A stretch of DNA of 64,000 nt from Octopus vulgaris (Eukaryota), in the NCBI GenBank assembly GCA_951406725.2, contig OX597830.1:10168001-10232000 (forward strand), in the 5' to 3' direction. Shown here one piece after another: positions 41,630-55,331 of this stretch (its first letter is position 1; every line of letters starts with the position of its first letter). The notes beneath the pieces were generated by a model. The model was not told the DNA's origin, made no database searches, and saw only the letters and a program-made list of their open reading frames with translations. Both the position numbers and the translations under genes were made by a program.

Positions 41630-41995
41630 AACACCAACACATGAGACAAATAGATGGAGTTATAGTGATTTTAATACACAATCCTAATTACATTTTGAAG
41701 AGAGCCAATAAGAGATCACTCAGCGATATCATCACAGAACGAATATTAACACTGGGTCACTTGTTTCTGCTACCAGAACAACGCCATTCTAAATCTGAAA
41801 TCTGCTTTAAAATGGACACTACGGGATAAGAAAATGAAAGGCAGGAAGACAGAAAACTACATGGAGCAGGCCATTCATAGCGGACATGAAAAAAGGCAAT
41901 ATTGCATGGCGAATGTGGAAAAAACTGCAACCAACAGCATCCAGGGGCATCAGCTTGCTGCCCGATGGGTTCAAGGGCGCAAGAGGAAGCGATGA
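41630..41995 (+). mobile_element. Degraded LINE 3' fragment (RTE-like)
   Basis: ILKRANKRSLSDIITERILTLGHLFLLPEQRH resembles the C-terminus of RTE ORF2. Confidence 0.45.
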
Positions 41996-42046
41996 TACTA
42001 GGTTATATATCAGTTCTCTAAAATACACTTTATCTCAACAGCTCCG

Positions 42047-42443
42047 TACTCTTTTACTCTTTTACCTGTTTCAGTCATTTGACTGCGGCCATGCTGGAGC
42101 ACCGCATTTTAGTCGAGTAAATCGACCCCAGGACCTATTCTTTAGGAGCCTAGTACTTATTCTATCAGTCTCTTTTGCCGAACCGCTAAGTTACGGGGAC
42201 GTAAACAAACCAGCATCGGTTGGGGGGACAAACACAAACACACAAACATATACACACATACATATATATACATATATACGACGGGCTTCTTCCAGTTTTC
42301 GTCTACCAAATCCACTCACAAGGCTTTGGTCGAATTGAGGCTATAGTAGAAGACACTTGCCCAAGGTGCCACACAGTGGGACTGAACCCGGAACCATGTG
42401 GTTGGTAAGCAAGCTACTTACCACCCAGCCACTCTTGCGCCTA
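42047..42443 (-). mobile_element. SINE family A
   Basis: Homology to family A. Confidence 0.88.
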
Positions 42444-42699
42444 TAAAATAACTACAAGTTTTTAATTTAGGGCGTTTATGAATTAAGAATTAAACGCAAG
42501 CCTCAACGGAGATATTTCTCTGTCGAGAGTTTATCCCGAAATATAAGATATGATGGTGGGTCACTCTTAGAGCGGAACTCGTGTTATTAGAGATGATACG
42601 CTGCTTTTCATTTCAATGTGGGATATTCCAGTTTCTTAGTAGTTCTCAATATACAAACAAGGATTTAAGATTTTACTTAATTGCCAAACAATTTTTTCT

Positions 42700-43460
42700 T
42701 TTTTTTAGATTTTTTTAGATTCTTAACCAATGAAATATTATTGAGGTTTAAAGATATGAGTCCTTCATTATTGGTTTTTCATTTAAGTATTGAAGAAAAC
42801 AAAATACAAAGGCTCTTGTTATTATGTGAGCAACATATTTCTATTTGAGACTTCAAAAACCCTTTTTTAATATATTAAAATGTGGGGTACAATAATTAGA
42901 AACGTTTAATGTTCGTAAGTTTATGAGTATTAAAAGCTTTTATCGAGGTGTTTTTATGAGGGTTTCAGGGTTTAAACTCCTTCATTAACGTGGCTATATT
43001 TCAGTTTTATAAAAATCAAAGACCGTGATTTCATTCCTTAGAATTTGTCTAGGGTATAAACGTTACGTCATCAATGTCTTTTTATTTGAGTCTTTTAAAG
43101 ATAAGTGACCTTCTTCGATGTGTGTTACAATGTGGTTATAACTATTTGAGAACTTCAAGGCTGTTTATTATGAAAGTTTTAGGGTTCAACGACATTATTT
43201 TCACCATACTTGTGAGAGTTTTATGGCTTAGATGTCTTCATCAATGAGATTTATTTCGGTTTTAAAGATAAAAGATTTCCGTCGATGTATGGTAATTTGA
43301 GGTGTACAATTTGAGATCTTCATCGCTGTATTTTTATGCGTGCTTTAAGACGCAAATACCTTCATCAGAATATTTTCATGAGGTTTTAATGCTTAGAAAC
43401 CTTCATCAATATGATTTTATTTCTGTTTTAATGCTAAAAGGATTTTATTAATGTAGCTTT
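42700..43460. repeat. Diverged ~41-bp satellite with ~165-170 bp higher-order period
   Basis: Recurrent cttcatcaatg...ttttat..gaggttttaa; the best-matching units start near 43068, 43238 and 43403. Confidence 0.65.
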
Positions 43461-43796
43461 GCAGACGACACTGGTATGTAATAAATTTGATATAATCCTC
43501 AACACACGAAGTCTGCTACTCTATTTCTCGAAACTTACGAGAAGAGTAGCAGTGTATGTTCGGTTGTTGTGCTGCCATTGAATTATACTATTTTACGAGA
43601 AAGATTTAGCACAAATTATTGTGTAGTTCCGAGTGATTTGGTTTATTGTAATTGTCATCTGCAACAACACAAAATCTAATGCGATTAAGGGTAGGTTTCA
43701 ACATCTTCCAAAAGTAGATACATCCCAAAGTGTGCTGCTAGGAACAAATACATTCCAGCATGAGTTATCAATCTCCGACACGTTAAACGTATAAAT

Positions 43797-43890
43797 AGAC
43801 GCAGGAGTGGCTGTGTGGTAAGTGGCTTGCTTACCAACCACATGGTTCCGGGTTCGGTCCCACTGCGTGGCACCTTGAGCAAGCGTCTTC
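43797..43890 (+). mobile_element. SINE family A, head only
   Basis: tRNA-like head followed by (CA)n. Confidence 0.8.
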
Positions 43891-43934
43891 ATACACACAC
43901 ATACACACGCACGTATACACACATATACATATAT

Positions 43935-44037
<103 letters not shown>

Positions 44038-44299
44038 TATATATATATACACCTGTTGCTGAGCCATATTAATTCAATGTGTATAATATGTAAAATTCAA
44101 CGATTTTCCTGCTGATACTAATGCACTGATATATACATACATATATATAATAACAAAGGGTAAAATTAATTAATTAATTAATTAATTAATTATTTATTTA
44201 AATAATTTTTTATTTTTAACTTTTATATTTTTAAATTAATTTTATGTATTGGCTTATGTTTTTCATTGTTTGATTTGCCTAATAGTGGTTTTATCTTTA

Positions 44300-44340
<41 letters not shown>

Positions 44341-44351
44341 ATATATATATG

Positions 44352-44398
<47 letters not shown>

Positions 44399-44399
44399 G

Positions 44400-44434
<35 letters not shown>

Positions 44435-44758
44435 CCTATGTTTTCTCTTTTCAAAGAAACTACTTCTCCAGCGTTCGCCTATTTTACCCTCGTTCTGGTC
44501 TAACGATCCTCCATGTTTGTTTTCATTCTCTTTCCTTTTATGCTCCAATGTCCTGTTCGCAACTTTGACCCTCCATAAATCCAGAATTTTAGTTTTGGTA
44601 CTTATGGGAGCAACTGTCTTCCAAGACTCATATTGTCGTTCAATGCTGGAAACGAGGAGCAGATAGCCAGCCGACAACTGATGAAGGATTGTCCTGTTTT
44701 CCATCTTTTCTCTCGTTGTTTGCCTATTGAACTCATTTGCTATATATTATATTCATAA

Positions 44759-45156
44759 CTAGCAGTATCGCCCGGCGTTGCTCGGGTTTGTAAGGGAAAT
44801 AACTATATAAGCATTTTTAGAGAGTTATAGCCAAAAAATAGCAAGAAAATGCATTAAAAATGGAAATAAAATGATGGTAAATTTTTTTTTAAATCGTTGA
44901 CTCATCGTAGACATTTTTAGAGAGTTACTTCCCTTATATAATAGCGAAAGAATGCATTAAAATGGAAAAAAATGATGGTAATATTTTTTTTAAATCGTAG
45001 ACTCATCGTAGACGCGCGCTAATACCCAGAAGGGCTCGATATGAATCACGACTATAAGATACCCGGTTTTGGTTAAACTGCACCGCAAAATGTGGGAGTA
45101 GTTAGGAATCTAAATCGTAGGAGACAGACACACAACCTCTCTTTTATATATAAAGA
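44759..45156 (-). mobile_element. Non-autonomous Helitron, complete
   Basis: Minus strand A|TCTTTATATATAAAAG ... CCCGAGCAACGCCGGG-CGATACTG-CTAG|T. Has 5' TC, subterminal GC hairpin, 3' CTAG and insertion between A and T. Internal duplication of about 110 bp. Confidence 0.9.
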
Positions 45157-45247
45157 TATTAAATGTAATATTGCAATATAAATAAACTATTGAATGTCAA
45201 TAGTATATCTCTATATTTAATTTATCTTTATATATATATATGTGCAT

Positions 45248-45296
<49 letters not shown>

Positions 45297-45311
45297 TGTA
45301 TATATGCGCAA

Positions 45312-45352
<41 letters not shown>

Positions 45353-45578
45353 GATATAATATATTATGATATGATATATATGATTTATCGCATTGCTACA
45401 AAGCTACATATTTACACGATATATATTTATATATTCATGTATATATATATACTGGACCCTAATTATAATTATACTCATAATTATAAGAAATATTTACCGA
45501 AATATCTACCGAAAATGCCGAATACTACTTGGTAGAATTATTAATTAATAATTAATTAATTAATTTTACCCTTTATTA

Positions 45579-45610
<32 letters not shown>

Positions 45611-45875
45611 GCTTGATTGAATGCACCTCACCTTATGCTTTGTTCATATTTTTTAGACAATGTATAAAATGTTAAGTCATACCTGCCGATCTTCTTTTTT
45701 CCAAATCGCAGAAATATTCGCGTATAAACAATTTAGGATTTCTGACATTCCAGCCGGTTCCCTATTTTATCATCTTTTGATAAATAATAATATAAATGTC
45801 AAGGAATTTATAGCAAGAACTACGAATAATATATAAGAAATATTTAAGTGAATTTAAGGAGATGTATTTGTATGC

Positions 45876-45917
<42 letters not shown>

Positions 45918-46080
45918 CCGGATGTGTGTGTATAAACGCGTGTGCGTGTCTATGTGTTTGTGTGTGCTTGTGTATATGCATATAGATTTAGAAAAACGAA
46001 GGAAGACAGAACATAAATTCGGATTTATATTTTTACTTTTTGAAAAAGTCACTGGGAACAAGTATAAATACAAATATAAC

Positions 46081-46114
<34 letters not shown>

Positions 46115-46264
46115 ATGTATATATATTTATATATATATATATATGTGTGTGTATGTATATTTGTACCTATTTATACTTGTTCCCCTGTAATTTTATATGT
46201 ATGTATACTCACACATATATATATTCACATGCACATATACACATACATATATAAACATACATCC

Positions 46265-46300
<36 letters not shown>

Positions 46301-46376
46301 AACATATATCCATATAAATAAAATATATATGTATATGTTTACAAAACCACATATATACACATATATACATACACAT

Positions 46377-46414
<38 letters not shown>

Positions 46415-46913
46415 ACAAATAAATATACACTAGGTGGAGTCTAGGACAAAGTCACATTATCTCGAAAGACGAAAAGAAAGGAAAGAACACGAGAAAGCAA
46501 TATTATTCAGGAATGCGTATCGGAAAATTGAGAAGTTTACAAAGAGAAGCACGAGGAAAAAAAATATACTTTTATGTTCACAGACAAGAAAAAAAAATGC
46601 TTCAAGAAAATTTCATCCAAAAACTAAAAGAACCGTAGATAGACTAAAAGAATTGATAATAAAAGAAACAAATTGTAAAATACAAAAGGAAAAGTGTTCC
46701 AATATTGAGTACAAAGAATTTGGCTGCGTTCATAATATTTTGTTCAGAAGAAACAAAAGTATATATTTTTTAAATGTCTCCCTTGAGACAATGCGGTCTG
46801 TGTTTGGTTTGTCTTCTGGGTATTGCGGGGGAAAAAAGCAATAAGTTTAATTGAATTTAAGTCGTATCAGCTACGTATCAATTTATTTATGTAGGTTTGG
46901 ATGGAGGTGTACG

Positions 46914-46945
<32 letters not shown>

Positions 46946-47085
46946 CATACATACATACATACAGAGAGTGAGAGTAAATGCATATACGCATAAACGTACA
47001 CTCACTCATATACATATTGATGCACGCAAGCACACATTCGCACACCCAGTAACCCACACATACATATATACATACATATATATAT

Positions 47086-47144
<59 letters not shown>

Positions 47145-47145
<1 letters not shown>

Positions 47146-47537
47146 CTTTTATTCTTTGACGTGTTTTAGACATTTGACTGCAGTCGTGCTTCAGCAGCGC
47201 CTTTAGTCGAACAAATCGACCCTAGGACTTATTCTTTGTGAGCCTAGTACTTATTCCACCGGTCACTTTTGCCGAACCGCTAAGTTACTGTGACGTAGAC
47301 ACACCAGCATCGGTTGACAAGCGATGGTGGGTGACAAACACAAACATGCATCCACACACACAGTTATATATAAGACGGGCTTCTTTCAGTTTCCGTCTAC
47401 CAAATCCACTCACAAGGCTTTGATCGGGCCGTGGCTATAATAGAAGACATTTGCCCAAGGTGCCACGCAGTGGGACTGAACCCGGAGCCATGTGGTTGGT
47501 AAGCAAGCTACTTACAACACAGTCACCCCTACACCTA
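47145..47537 (-). mobile_element. SINE family A
   Basis: Homology to family A. Confidence 0.85.
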
Positions 47538-47700
47538 TAAGCCACCTCTACGCCTATGAGTCATTCCTATATATATATATATGTGTGTGTGTGTGTTTGT
47601 ATGTGCCGGTCTGTTCAACACTGTATATGCATATATAATTATGAGTATATGTGGTCGTTTATATGTGTATGTGTGTCAGCGTGTGTGTGTATCTGTGTGT

Positions 47701-47796
47701 GCGCCTGCACGTGTGTGCGCCTGCACGTGTGTGCGCCTGCACGTGTGTGCGCCTGCACGTGTGTGCGCCTGCACGTGTGTGCGCCTGCACGTGTGT
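47701..47796. repeat. Perfect 16-bp tandem repeat x6 (GCGCCTGCACGTGTGT)
   Basis: Six exact units read directly. Confidence 0.95.
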
Positions 47797-48459
47797 CTAG
47801 ATATTTCTAATACATTCGTTAGTAGAGAGCTGGAGGTACTTTTTCAGTCCTGATATCGCAGGAAGCATTCAACTGAACTCAAAAGTGCACGGTACGTATT
47901 CCTTGCTCGCTGAAGACACCTGATAGTGCTCTTGTTTAAATTGGCATTTACGTAGAGCAACGTTTCGTCTAAACTCCTCTGTTTCAACACCGGATTAACA
48001 AACGAGTAGCCGACGCAACTATCTAGATGTACCACATTTAATAAATATATATATGTATGTGTGTGTGTGTGTGTGTTTATATACGTATGCCTCCATCCAA
48101 ATGGTTTAACATAACCTAGATCTACACAATTTTTTAAACGAGTATATTCTAGAGTTATATTTGTTTATTTCAAACTTCCGTAATCTTCACATATGCATAC
48201 ACGAATCTCATAAGGTATCTATTTGCGAGTATTACACTAGCAAGTATACACTTACCACAATCTCCAAACAATTCTAGTATGTTACTGGGATAAAGATTGA
48301 GATTTTCTGGCAAACTTACACCGAATTTCAATGACAATATTTCGGTCAAAATAAAGCTGTGGGAAAGAGAGCGCAGACTTTGGAACAGAACACAAAGTCA
48401 CACACTCAGAAATATATATGTCCTTATGTTTATTTACTAAACGTTTTTTAAAAATCATA

Positions 48460-48510
<51 letters not shown>

Positions 48511-48730
48511 TATAAGTTAGAGGTGTTAAGCACTCTAAGGGATAGAAGTATTCAGAGGCACTCCCGGTAATTACCTCAGTAAGTATGGTCCTTGGTATAA
48601 GGTATACAGCAACAGGTAATTTAAGAGGTAAACCGTAGATTAATGTATATATATAGACGATAAGAAAATGGAGGAAAAACAACAAATAGAAGTGTGTCTG
48701 TGGTGCTTAAGTAAAGTGAGGTAAGAGTGA

Positions 48731-48799
48731 GTTTACAGCTCTTTCTGTGTACCATAAATATGTAATTACCTCGTTGCAATTGGTAGACGTCACCAGAAC
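48731..48799 (-). ncRNA. Decayed hammerhead motif
   Basis: Minus strand reads GTT-CTGGTGA-CGTCTACCA...TGGTACACA-GAAA-GAGCTG-TA-AAC. Several point changes from a canonical minimal hammerhead. Confidence 0.4.
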
Positions 48800-49704
48800 G
48801 AAGAAAGCAGAGATAGACAGAGGAGAATAGAGCGAAAGATGGATGGAGAAATCCTCTTATAGGGATGAAATTCTCCTAGTTATGGTTTAATAGCCTATAT
48901 CTACGATAAATATCACATCGATATAAATGTGTATATTAAAATGTAGAATATGATAAACAAGAAGAAAGTGGATATACGTATACATTTATAAACATATAGT
49001 TAATTAAAAATACTAACAATTGTTTTCAATTTTACTCAATGCTAATTGCAAATTTATAAATGAAATACGTAATTAGTTTAAGTATCAAAGTCAAGATTTG
49101 ATAGATTTCGTCTACACATTATTTACCAATAATACAGGAGTTAACATGACTAATAATTTCCTACTTAAATTTATATTCCTTATCTTTTAGCTTCCAAATG
49201 AATTTGCTTAGACTGCTATAATTTTTAATTTAATCTTATTCTTAAATATAGATTCATGGTTTGCGATTCTACGCTTTACGAAATTCACGTTATACACAAT
49301 ATAAATACTTCTGCCTTCAGATTCAAACCTACATCATACATTCTACATAATTTTGCTTACGAGTTTTGTTTCGACGAGGAGGCTTTTCCCTCTTTGTCAA
49401 AGGCGGACATCACTTTCGAGAGAGTACTTCTTGTTACACTAAACATTTCATCTGTTTTCGTTATGCTAGCGCCTGCCATACGAGTACCAGCAATTTGAGC
49501 TCTTTGAAAGCCCTATAGATCTGTCATTTTAATGAATTTTAATTACCTTTTTCTGATTATATCTGAAAAGAAACAGCAATTTTAGCAAAACATTATTAAG
49601 CAACACTAATAATAAATCAAAATCATAAAAATAAACAAGTTTTTGACGGTTTATAGATATTTCAAAATTATGATGCTATGATGCTAGGTGTTACCATTAT
49701 TTTG

Positions 49705-49753
<49 letters not shown>

Positions 49754-50017
49754 TGTGTGTGTATGGTATGTATGTATATGTACGTATATATGCGTGGTTT
49801 TCGATAGTTTTAACACCTCTTTCAGGCAAACAGGTGCCTATTGTACCTTGACTGTTTATTATATTTCTTGCAGATTTGGACATGGTTTGCTAACCATCTT
49901 CTCATTATTTTATAGATAATGATAACTTGCTCCCTAAGGTTCGTTTGGAATTCGCAGGGCCTTCAGCTGAACAAAGGGAAAGTAAATATGTTTTTTTGAT
50001 ATGGTTTACATAGTAAG

Positions 50018-50077
50018 CTTAGTTGATGAGCTTAAAGTGTTGGTCCGACACAGAAAGCGAAATCAATTGATGTTAGG
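50018..50077 (+). ncRNA. Decayed hammerhead motif (C3U, G at position 17)
   Basis: CTTAG-TTGATGA-GCTT...AAGC-GAAA-TCAATTGA-TG-TTAGG. Stem II is 4 bp with an internal hairpin gtgttgg/ccgacac; stem III is an 8-nt palindrome. Probably inactive. Confidence 0.5.
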
Positions 50078-50318
50078 ATGTTTATTCTCCTATTTACATT
50101 TTGTAAGTGAGACGGCTGTTTCGGAGAAATATATTTGCTATCTCCTCCGTGCGTGTTTAAATTATAGTGAGAGATACGTGGCTTTTGAAGGTTTTAACTC
50201 CTCTTTCAAACTAACAGGTGCATTTTATACCCTGACTTTTTATTATATATTTTGTGTATTTGGATTATGCTTGCTGGCTGCTTTATCATTATTTTTATAG
50301 ATGATGATAACTTCTTTG

Positions 50319-50365
<47 letters not shown>

Positions 50366-51427
50366 ATTGTATGTAGGCATAAGTATTTAGCTACGATTAA
50401 TTCTTTTTTTAAAGTAGATAGGATAGAATCTGATCTTATGAACATAGACTTGCCTAAATGAAATAATAAAAAAGAATCCACTTTTGTTAGATTTGATCAA
50501 CTTAAAGTTTAAGCGTAAAATTCTTTATACTTTGGAATCTTGGTGATTCACAGCTTTAGCGTCGCATTCGAACCTATTTACCTACTATATATAAGTTTTA
50601 AGTTAGCGATCATTGTAAATTATAGATTACAAGTACCAAGGGAATTTTTAGACTGTTCCGACTAACATTCTGCATAGATGGTTCTCCTTATTTTTAATTA
50701 TTTTCTGATCAGCAACCCAACTGATTTTCTAAGTGGTTAATCAAATTTGAGTCCTCGTTTTTTTTTTACAAATATTTTTTATTTTCATTCGCAGAAATGT
50801 TTTACTTCACTATATCCTTGCGAACTTTCTCAAAAATACTATGGCATTTTTCAGAAATATAACATTACGCGATATGACCTCAAGTTCTGTAAGTAGGAAA
50901 TATTTTAAGCTTTCTCAAATTTTTAAACTATTTTAATCGATTTTTTTTTGTACCTCTCATGAGAGAAATGCGACTATTTGTATCGGCTAGAAAATTCGCC
51001 TGATACAAAGGCATTCCTCGAAATGTACTTTTCTTTGGATGGTAATATTGGAGCGCTTGAAACCTAACATCTAGATGAATATTTTTTTATGTATTTTGAT
51101 TTCCCACGATAAAGGAAGTTGAGCTATGAAAACCTGTCATCCACTTTAATTTTTGTTATATTTTTCTCATATAGAGCACCAATCTGATGCGCTGCAACAA
51201 AATATTTCCTTTCTTCTTCTTCTTCTTAGTATTATTATTATTATATATATGTATATATATAATGGTTGTATACTATCAATCTAACAAGAACGTGACAGTA
51301 GGGGGTACACCACCGTTATATAGACCTAGGAGGCATCGAACGCCTCTTGACAGCTTCGACACATTTTATCCTGTGTCCTTATATACACTCAATATTTAGA
51401 AACTCAATATTTCTTATATGTATATAT

Positions 51428-51823
51428 ACTTTTACTCTTTTACTTGTTTCAGTCATTTGACTGCGGCCATGCTGGAGCACCGCCTTTAGTCGAGTAACTC
51501 GACCCCGAGACTTATTCTTTTATAAGCCCAGTACTTATTCTATCGGTCTCTTTTGCCGAACCGCTAAGTTACGGGGACATAAACACACCAGCATCGGTTG
51601 TCAATCAATGCTAGGGGACAAACACAGACACACAAACACACACACGCATATATATATATATATATATATATATACACGACGGGCTTCTTTCAGTTTCCGT
51701 CTACCAAATCCACTCACAAGGCTTTGGTCGGCCCGAGGCTATAGTAGAAGACACTTACCCAAGGTGCCACGCAGTGGACTAAACCCGGAAACATGCGGTT
51801 GGTAAACAAGCTACTTACCACAC
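51428..51823 (-). mobile_element. SINE family A
   Basis: Homology to family A. Confidence 0.88.
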
Positions 51824-51824
51824 A

Positions 51825-51935
51825 AAAGCTGTAAAGACATCACAAAAGCTGTTTTTCAGTTTCAGGTTCCCGTTCGTCGGACGAACGGGAACGTAAAACT
51901 CCGAGTAACAGTTTTTGTGATATCTTTGCAGCTTT
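51825..51935. repeat. Loop-less fold-back centred on two head-to-head decayed U4C hammerhead-like motifs
   Basis: ...GTTCCCGTTCGTC-G-GACGAACGGGAAC... The minus arm reads CCGACGA-ACG-GGAA-CCT-GAAA; the plus arm ends CGT-AAAA-CTCCGAG-TA-ACAG. The downstream tail 51935-52000 matches the reverse complement of 21285-21350. Confidence 0.8.
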
Positions 51936-52025
51936 ATTAATGAAGCATATTACTCTACCTCCGGTATTTGAATATTATTTTTTTCCACTTTGTTTCACAT
52001 TTCTTAATCAACTGCTTCCTCAGTG

Positions 52026-52091
<66 letters not shown>

Positions 52092-52099
52092 GTGTGTGT

Positions 52100-52365
52100 G
52101 GAGGCGCAATGGCCCAGTGGTTAGTGCAGCGGACTCGTGGCCGTAGGATTGCGGTTTCGATTCCCAGGCCGGGCGTTGTGAGTGTTTATTGAGCGAAAAC
52201 ACCTAAAAGTTCCACGAGGCTCCGGCAGGGGGTGGTGATCCCTGCTGTACTCTTTCACCGCTCTTTCTTCTATTGGCCTGCTCGCTTAGCCAGCGGGGTG
52301 GCGTCATTTGAAGGCTAAAGCAATGCGAACGCATTGTGACCAGCGATGCATAACAACATCTAATG
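52100..52365 (+). mobile_element. tRNA-derived SINE family C (head 1 + tail 2)
   Basis: GGAGGCGCAATGGCCCAGTGGTTAG...GGTTTCGATTCCC (A/B boxes); inserted in (TA)n. Confidence 0.8.
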
Positions 52366-52368
52366 TTG

Positions 52369-52402
<34 letters not shown>

Positions 52403-52403
52403 T

Positions 52404-52693
52404 TACAGATCCAATGCATCACTGGAACTGTAAAAATATGTAAAATTTTCCCGAAGTTTAGAAGTTTATCATTTCAGTATGTATGAGCATGCCGAGATGT
52501 GCAAGTATATGCATGAGAAGACATGTGTATAAAATATATATATATATTGGGGCATATATATATATTATACATATTTCTTCTCATGCATATACTTGCACAT
52601 CTCGGCATGCTCATACATACTGAAATGATAAACTTCTAAACTTCGGGAAAACTTTACTTATTTTTACAGCTCCAGTGATGGATTGGATCTGTA
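52404..52693. repeat. Inverted repeat formed by two tail-to-tail LINE 3' ends
   Basis: 52404-52545 is the reverse complement of about 52555-52693, which is the 3' end of the RLE LINE at 52560-53375. Confidence 0.85.
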
Positions 52694-53375
52694 GTCTTTG
52701 AATCAGCTTTCTCCTTTCTAGTTTTGAGAAGCCTAATTTCCCATGATTGTTATTTAGGCAGTGTGTTACATATCTCAGTGCCCCAATAAACCTGAAATTG
52801 TAACCTGGATAGAGTAACTGCTGAATTCTCAATAGTTCAGCAAAGGTCTTCTCTTTTTCACTGATCTTCAGCTTTGTATTAACATCCGCTGGACAACTAA
52901 TTTCCACAACTGTACATAGTTTCACTTTCTATCCCAAATCATTATATCCGGTTTACGGTGTCAACGTTTTGAGGTTTTCACTGGAACATTCCACCTGGAC
53001 TTCTTTCTAGTATGATTTGTTATGATTTCTGTCATATTGTGGGCTCTTATTTCTTTGTCCTCGGGATTATCCTTCAGGCGGATTTCATTATAGAGTGTCC
53101 CAGTTACAACATCATGTCTCATCGGTAGAAAAACCGTGATGACATTTCCGGACAACTTATGATATCGGTGATAGGATATTTTCGGTGTTAACTCCTCAAA
53201 TTCTGTATCGGTTGTCACATTTTACTAATTTTCCTGCATCACTGCCCGTTTTGTCCATTTGGTATTGGATGATAGTTCCTGTTTCTGGATTGCAAACGCA
53301 TTCCCTTCAAAGTGGGCGATACTAATCCGGTTGTTAGTCCATGATAGACTGCGTTGATGGTCAGTGTACGCATGT
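52560..53375 (-). mobile_element. Restriction-endonuclease LINE 3' fragment (R4/NeSL-like)
   Basis: FAIQ.QE, ISCPEMS...LPMRHDVV, RKPDIMIWDRK..CTVVEISCP, IGAL motifs. Confidence 0.8.
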
Positions 53376-54044
53376 ATGTATACATGCATGGTATTATATA
53401 TCTCACAACATCATACATGAAGTTTATGAGAAGTTCTTAACGCAGAATAGTGATTTTAATTTGCTTTACTGACTTTAGTATATTTTAATGGCCGATTTTT
53501 ACATGCGCTAACATTTGTGAAAATGCCGACGGACGTCATAGTTATAAAAGTCTTTTCTCAAAGCTATATGTGCTTACATTCATATGTATAAATGCACATA
53601 CTTAGTTGCGGTCATAAATGCGTGTGAGGGGTGTATACACATACACATGTATACACACGCATTTCCGTAGAGAATGAGAGAGAATTAATAACAAGAAAAT
53701 ATAACTTATCCGTAGACTTTTTATGCTGGGCATTTTGTGAATTTATAAAACAGATGATAAACACCATTCGTTCGGCTCTTCGTTGGAGCTTACATCGGGG
53801 TAGATTGAAGAGGAACAGGCCAACATGGACATTCTTGTAGTTTCCAGCACTCTTTTCTTTTATGATAGACAAGAGAAACAGTACACCTTACATAAATCAG
53901 TGTCCTTAAGGCACTGCTTAGCAACTATAACAAGGACTGAAAGACCACACATTTCGAGCAGAAGAAGCACTTATCAAATTAATAGAATACAACCATGCAC
54001 CAGGCGCATACATACACACATACACGTATCTATACACATATCTG

Positions 54045-54079
<35 letters not shown>

Positions 54080-54570
54080 GTAAATATATACATATGTATA
54101 TATACACATTTGTATAGAAAGATATATGCAGATATATACATATAAACTTTATATATACACGCACCCTCACACCTATATATAATATACCCGTATAGATAGA
54201 GCGAGAAAGAAAGATGTACACACAAATACAAATATATATATTGGCAAAAGAGCGTGTGTGAGAGAGGGAGTGAGAGAGCATGTGTACACTTACATTGGTA
54301 GAATAACAATAACAAAATTATTGTTGATGTTTAAATGACAAAACGAAATAAGAAAAATAGTTTGTTCAATAAAATCCATTTAGTTTAACATTTCTTTTGT
54401 TATTCCTCATGTTCTCTTCCAACTTAATGTTTCCTTTACAACAGATAATCTGACGAAACATTAACGTTTAACTAGTTGTAAGTACATAGCATAATGGCGT
54501 ACATTACAACAAAACACCACAACTAAACCATCAGTATGCTGTTAAAACAAATGTTTCAATGTCCCTCAAA

Positions 54571-54609
<39 letters not shown>

Positions 54610-55094
54610 TTTACGTACTAATATATATATATATATATATATATATTTATCTGTGTGTGTGTGTGTGTGTATGTGTGGATACCCTTGTTTTTACATAAAG
54701 AAAATATTTAAGCTGCCCTTAAGCAAACATTAGTTGTTTGATAGCGCCTGTTTGCTCAAGAATTGAACATAAATAAGGAACATTTACTCGTGCTATTTTT
54801 CGCTTTATTTGTCTCTATTTCTTCCCAGTTTGTGTGTCATTCATATTTAAGTTGTTGTTTCATATAATCTTTGTTATTTTCCGTTTGACTTTTATAATGT
54901 TTAAAGCAAACCGCAAACCGCCATCTACACCGGTGGTGTTGTAGGATTATACGTATTATTTGTTTTGTATGTGTTGCTTTCTTCAAGTATAAAACGTTAA
55001 TGTTGTTACTAATAACGAAAACAACAAACAGTAAGCTATTAAAATGATGGAAAAATGAAATTTAAATGAATGCACACACAAATATATATATGCA

Positions 55095-55137
<43 letters not shown>

Positions 55138-55281
55138 GCATACATACATACATACATACATATTCACATCTATAGAACCACCTGTATAAGTGTATATATA
55201 TATGTGTGTGTGTGTATATATGCATACATACATATTCAGATATATAGAACCACCTGTATATGTATATATGTAAATACGCAT

Positions 55282-55331
<50 letters not shown>

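Noticed and set aside
44678-44700. CTGATGA followed by an AGGA/TCCT hairpin
   Set aside because: Followed by GTTT rather than GAAA; no supportable stem I or III.
46434-46844. 136-aa lysine-rich ORF
   Set aside because: A-rich compositional ORF with a GTG start and no recognisable domain.
52100-52175. tRNA-like sequences (also the heads of SINE A and B)
   Set aside because: They have A/B boxes but no complete cloverleaf and continue into SINE bodies; not tRNA genes.
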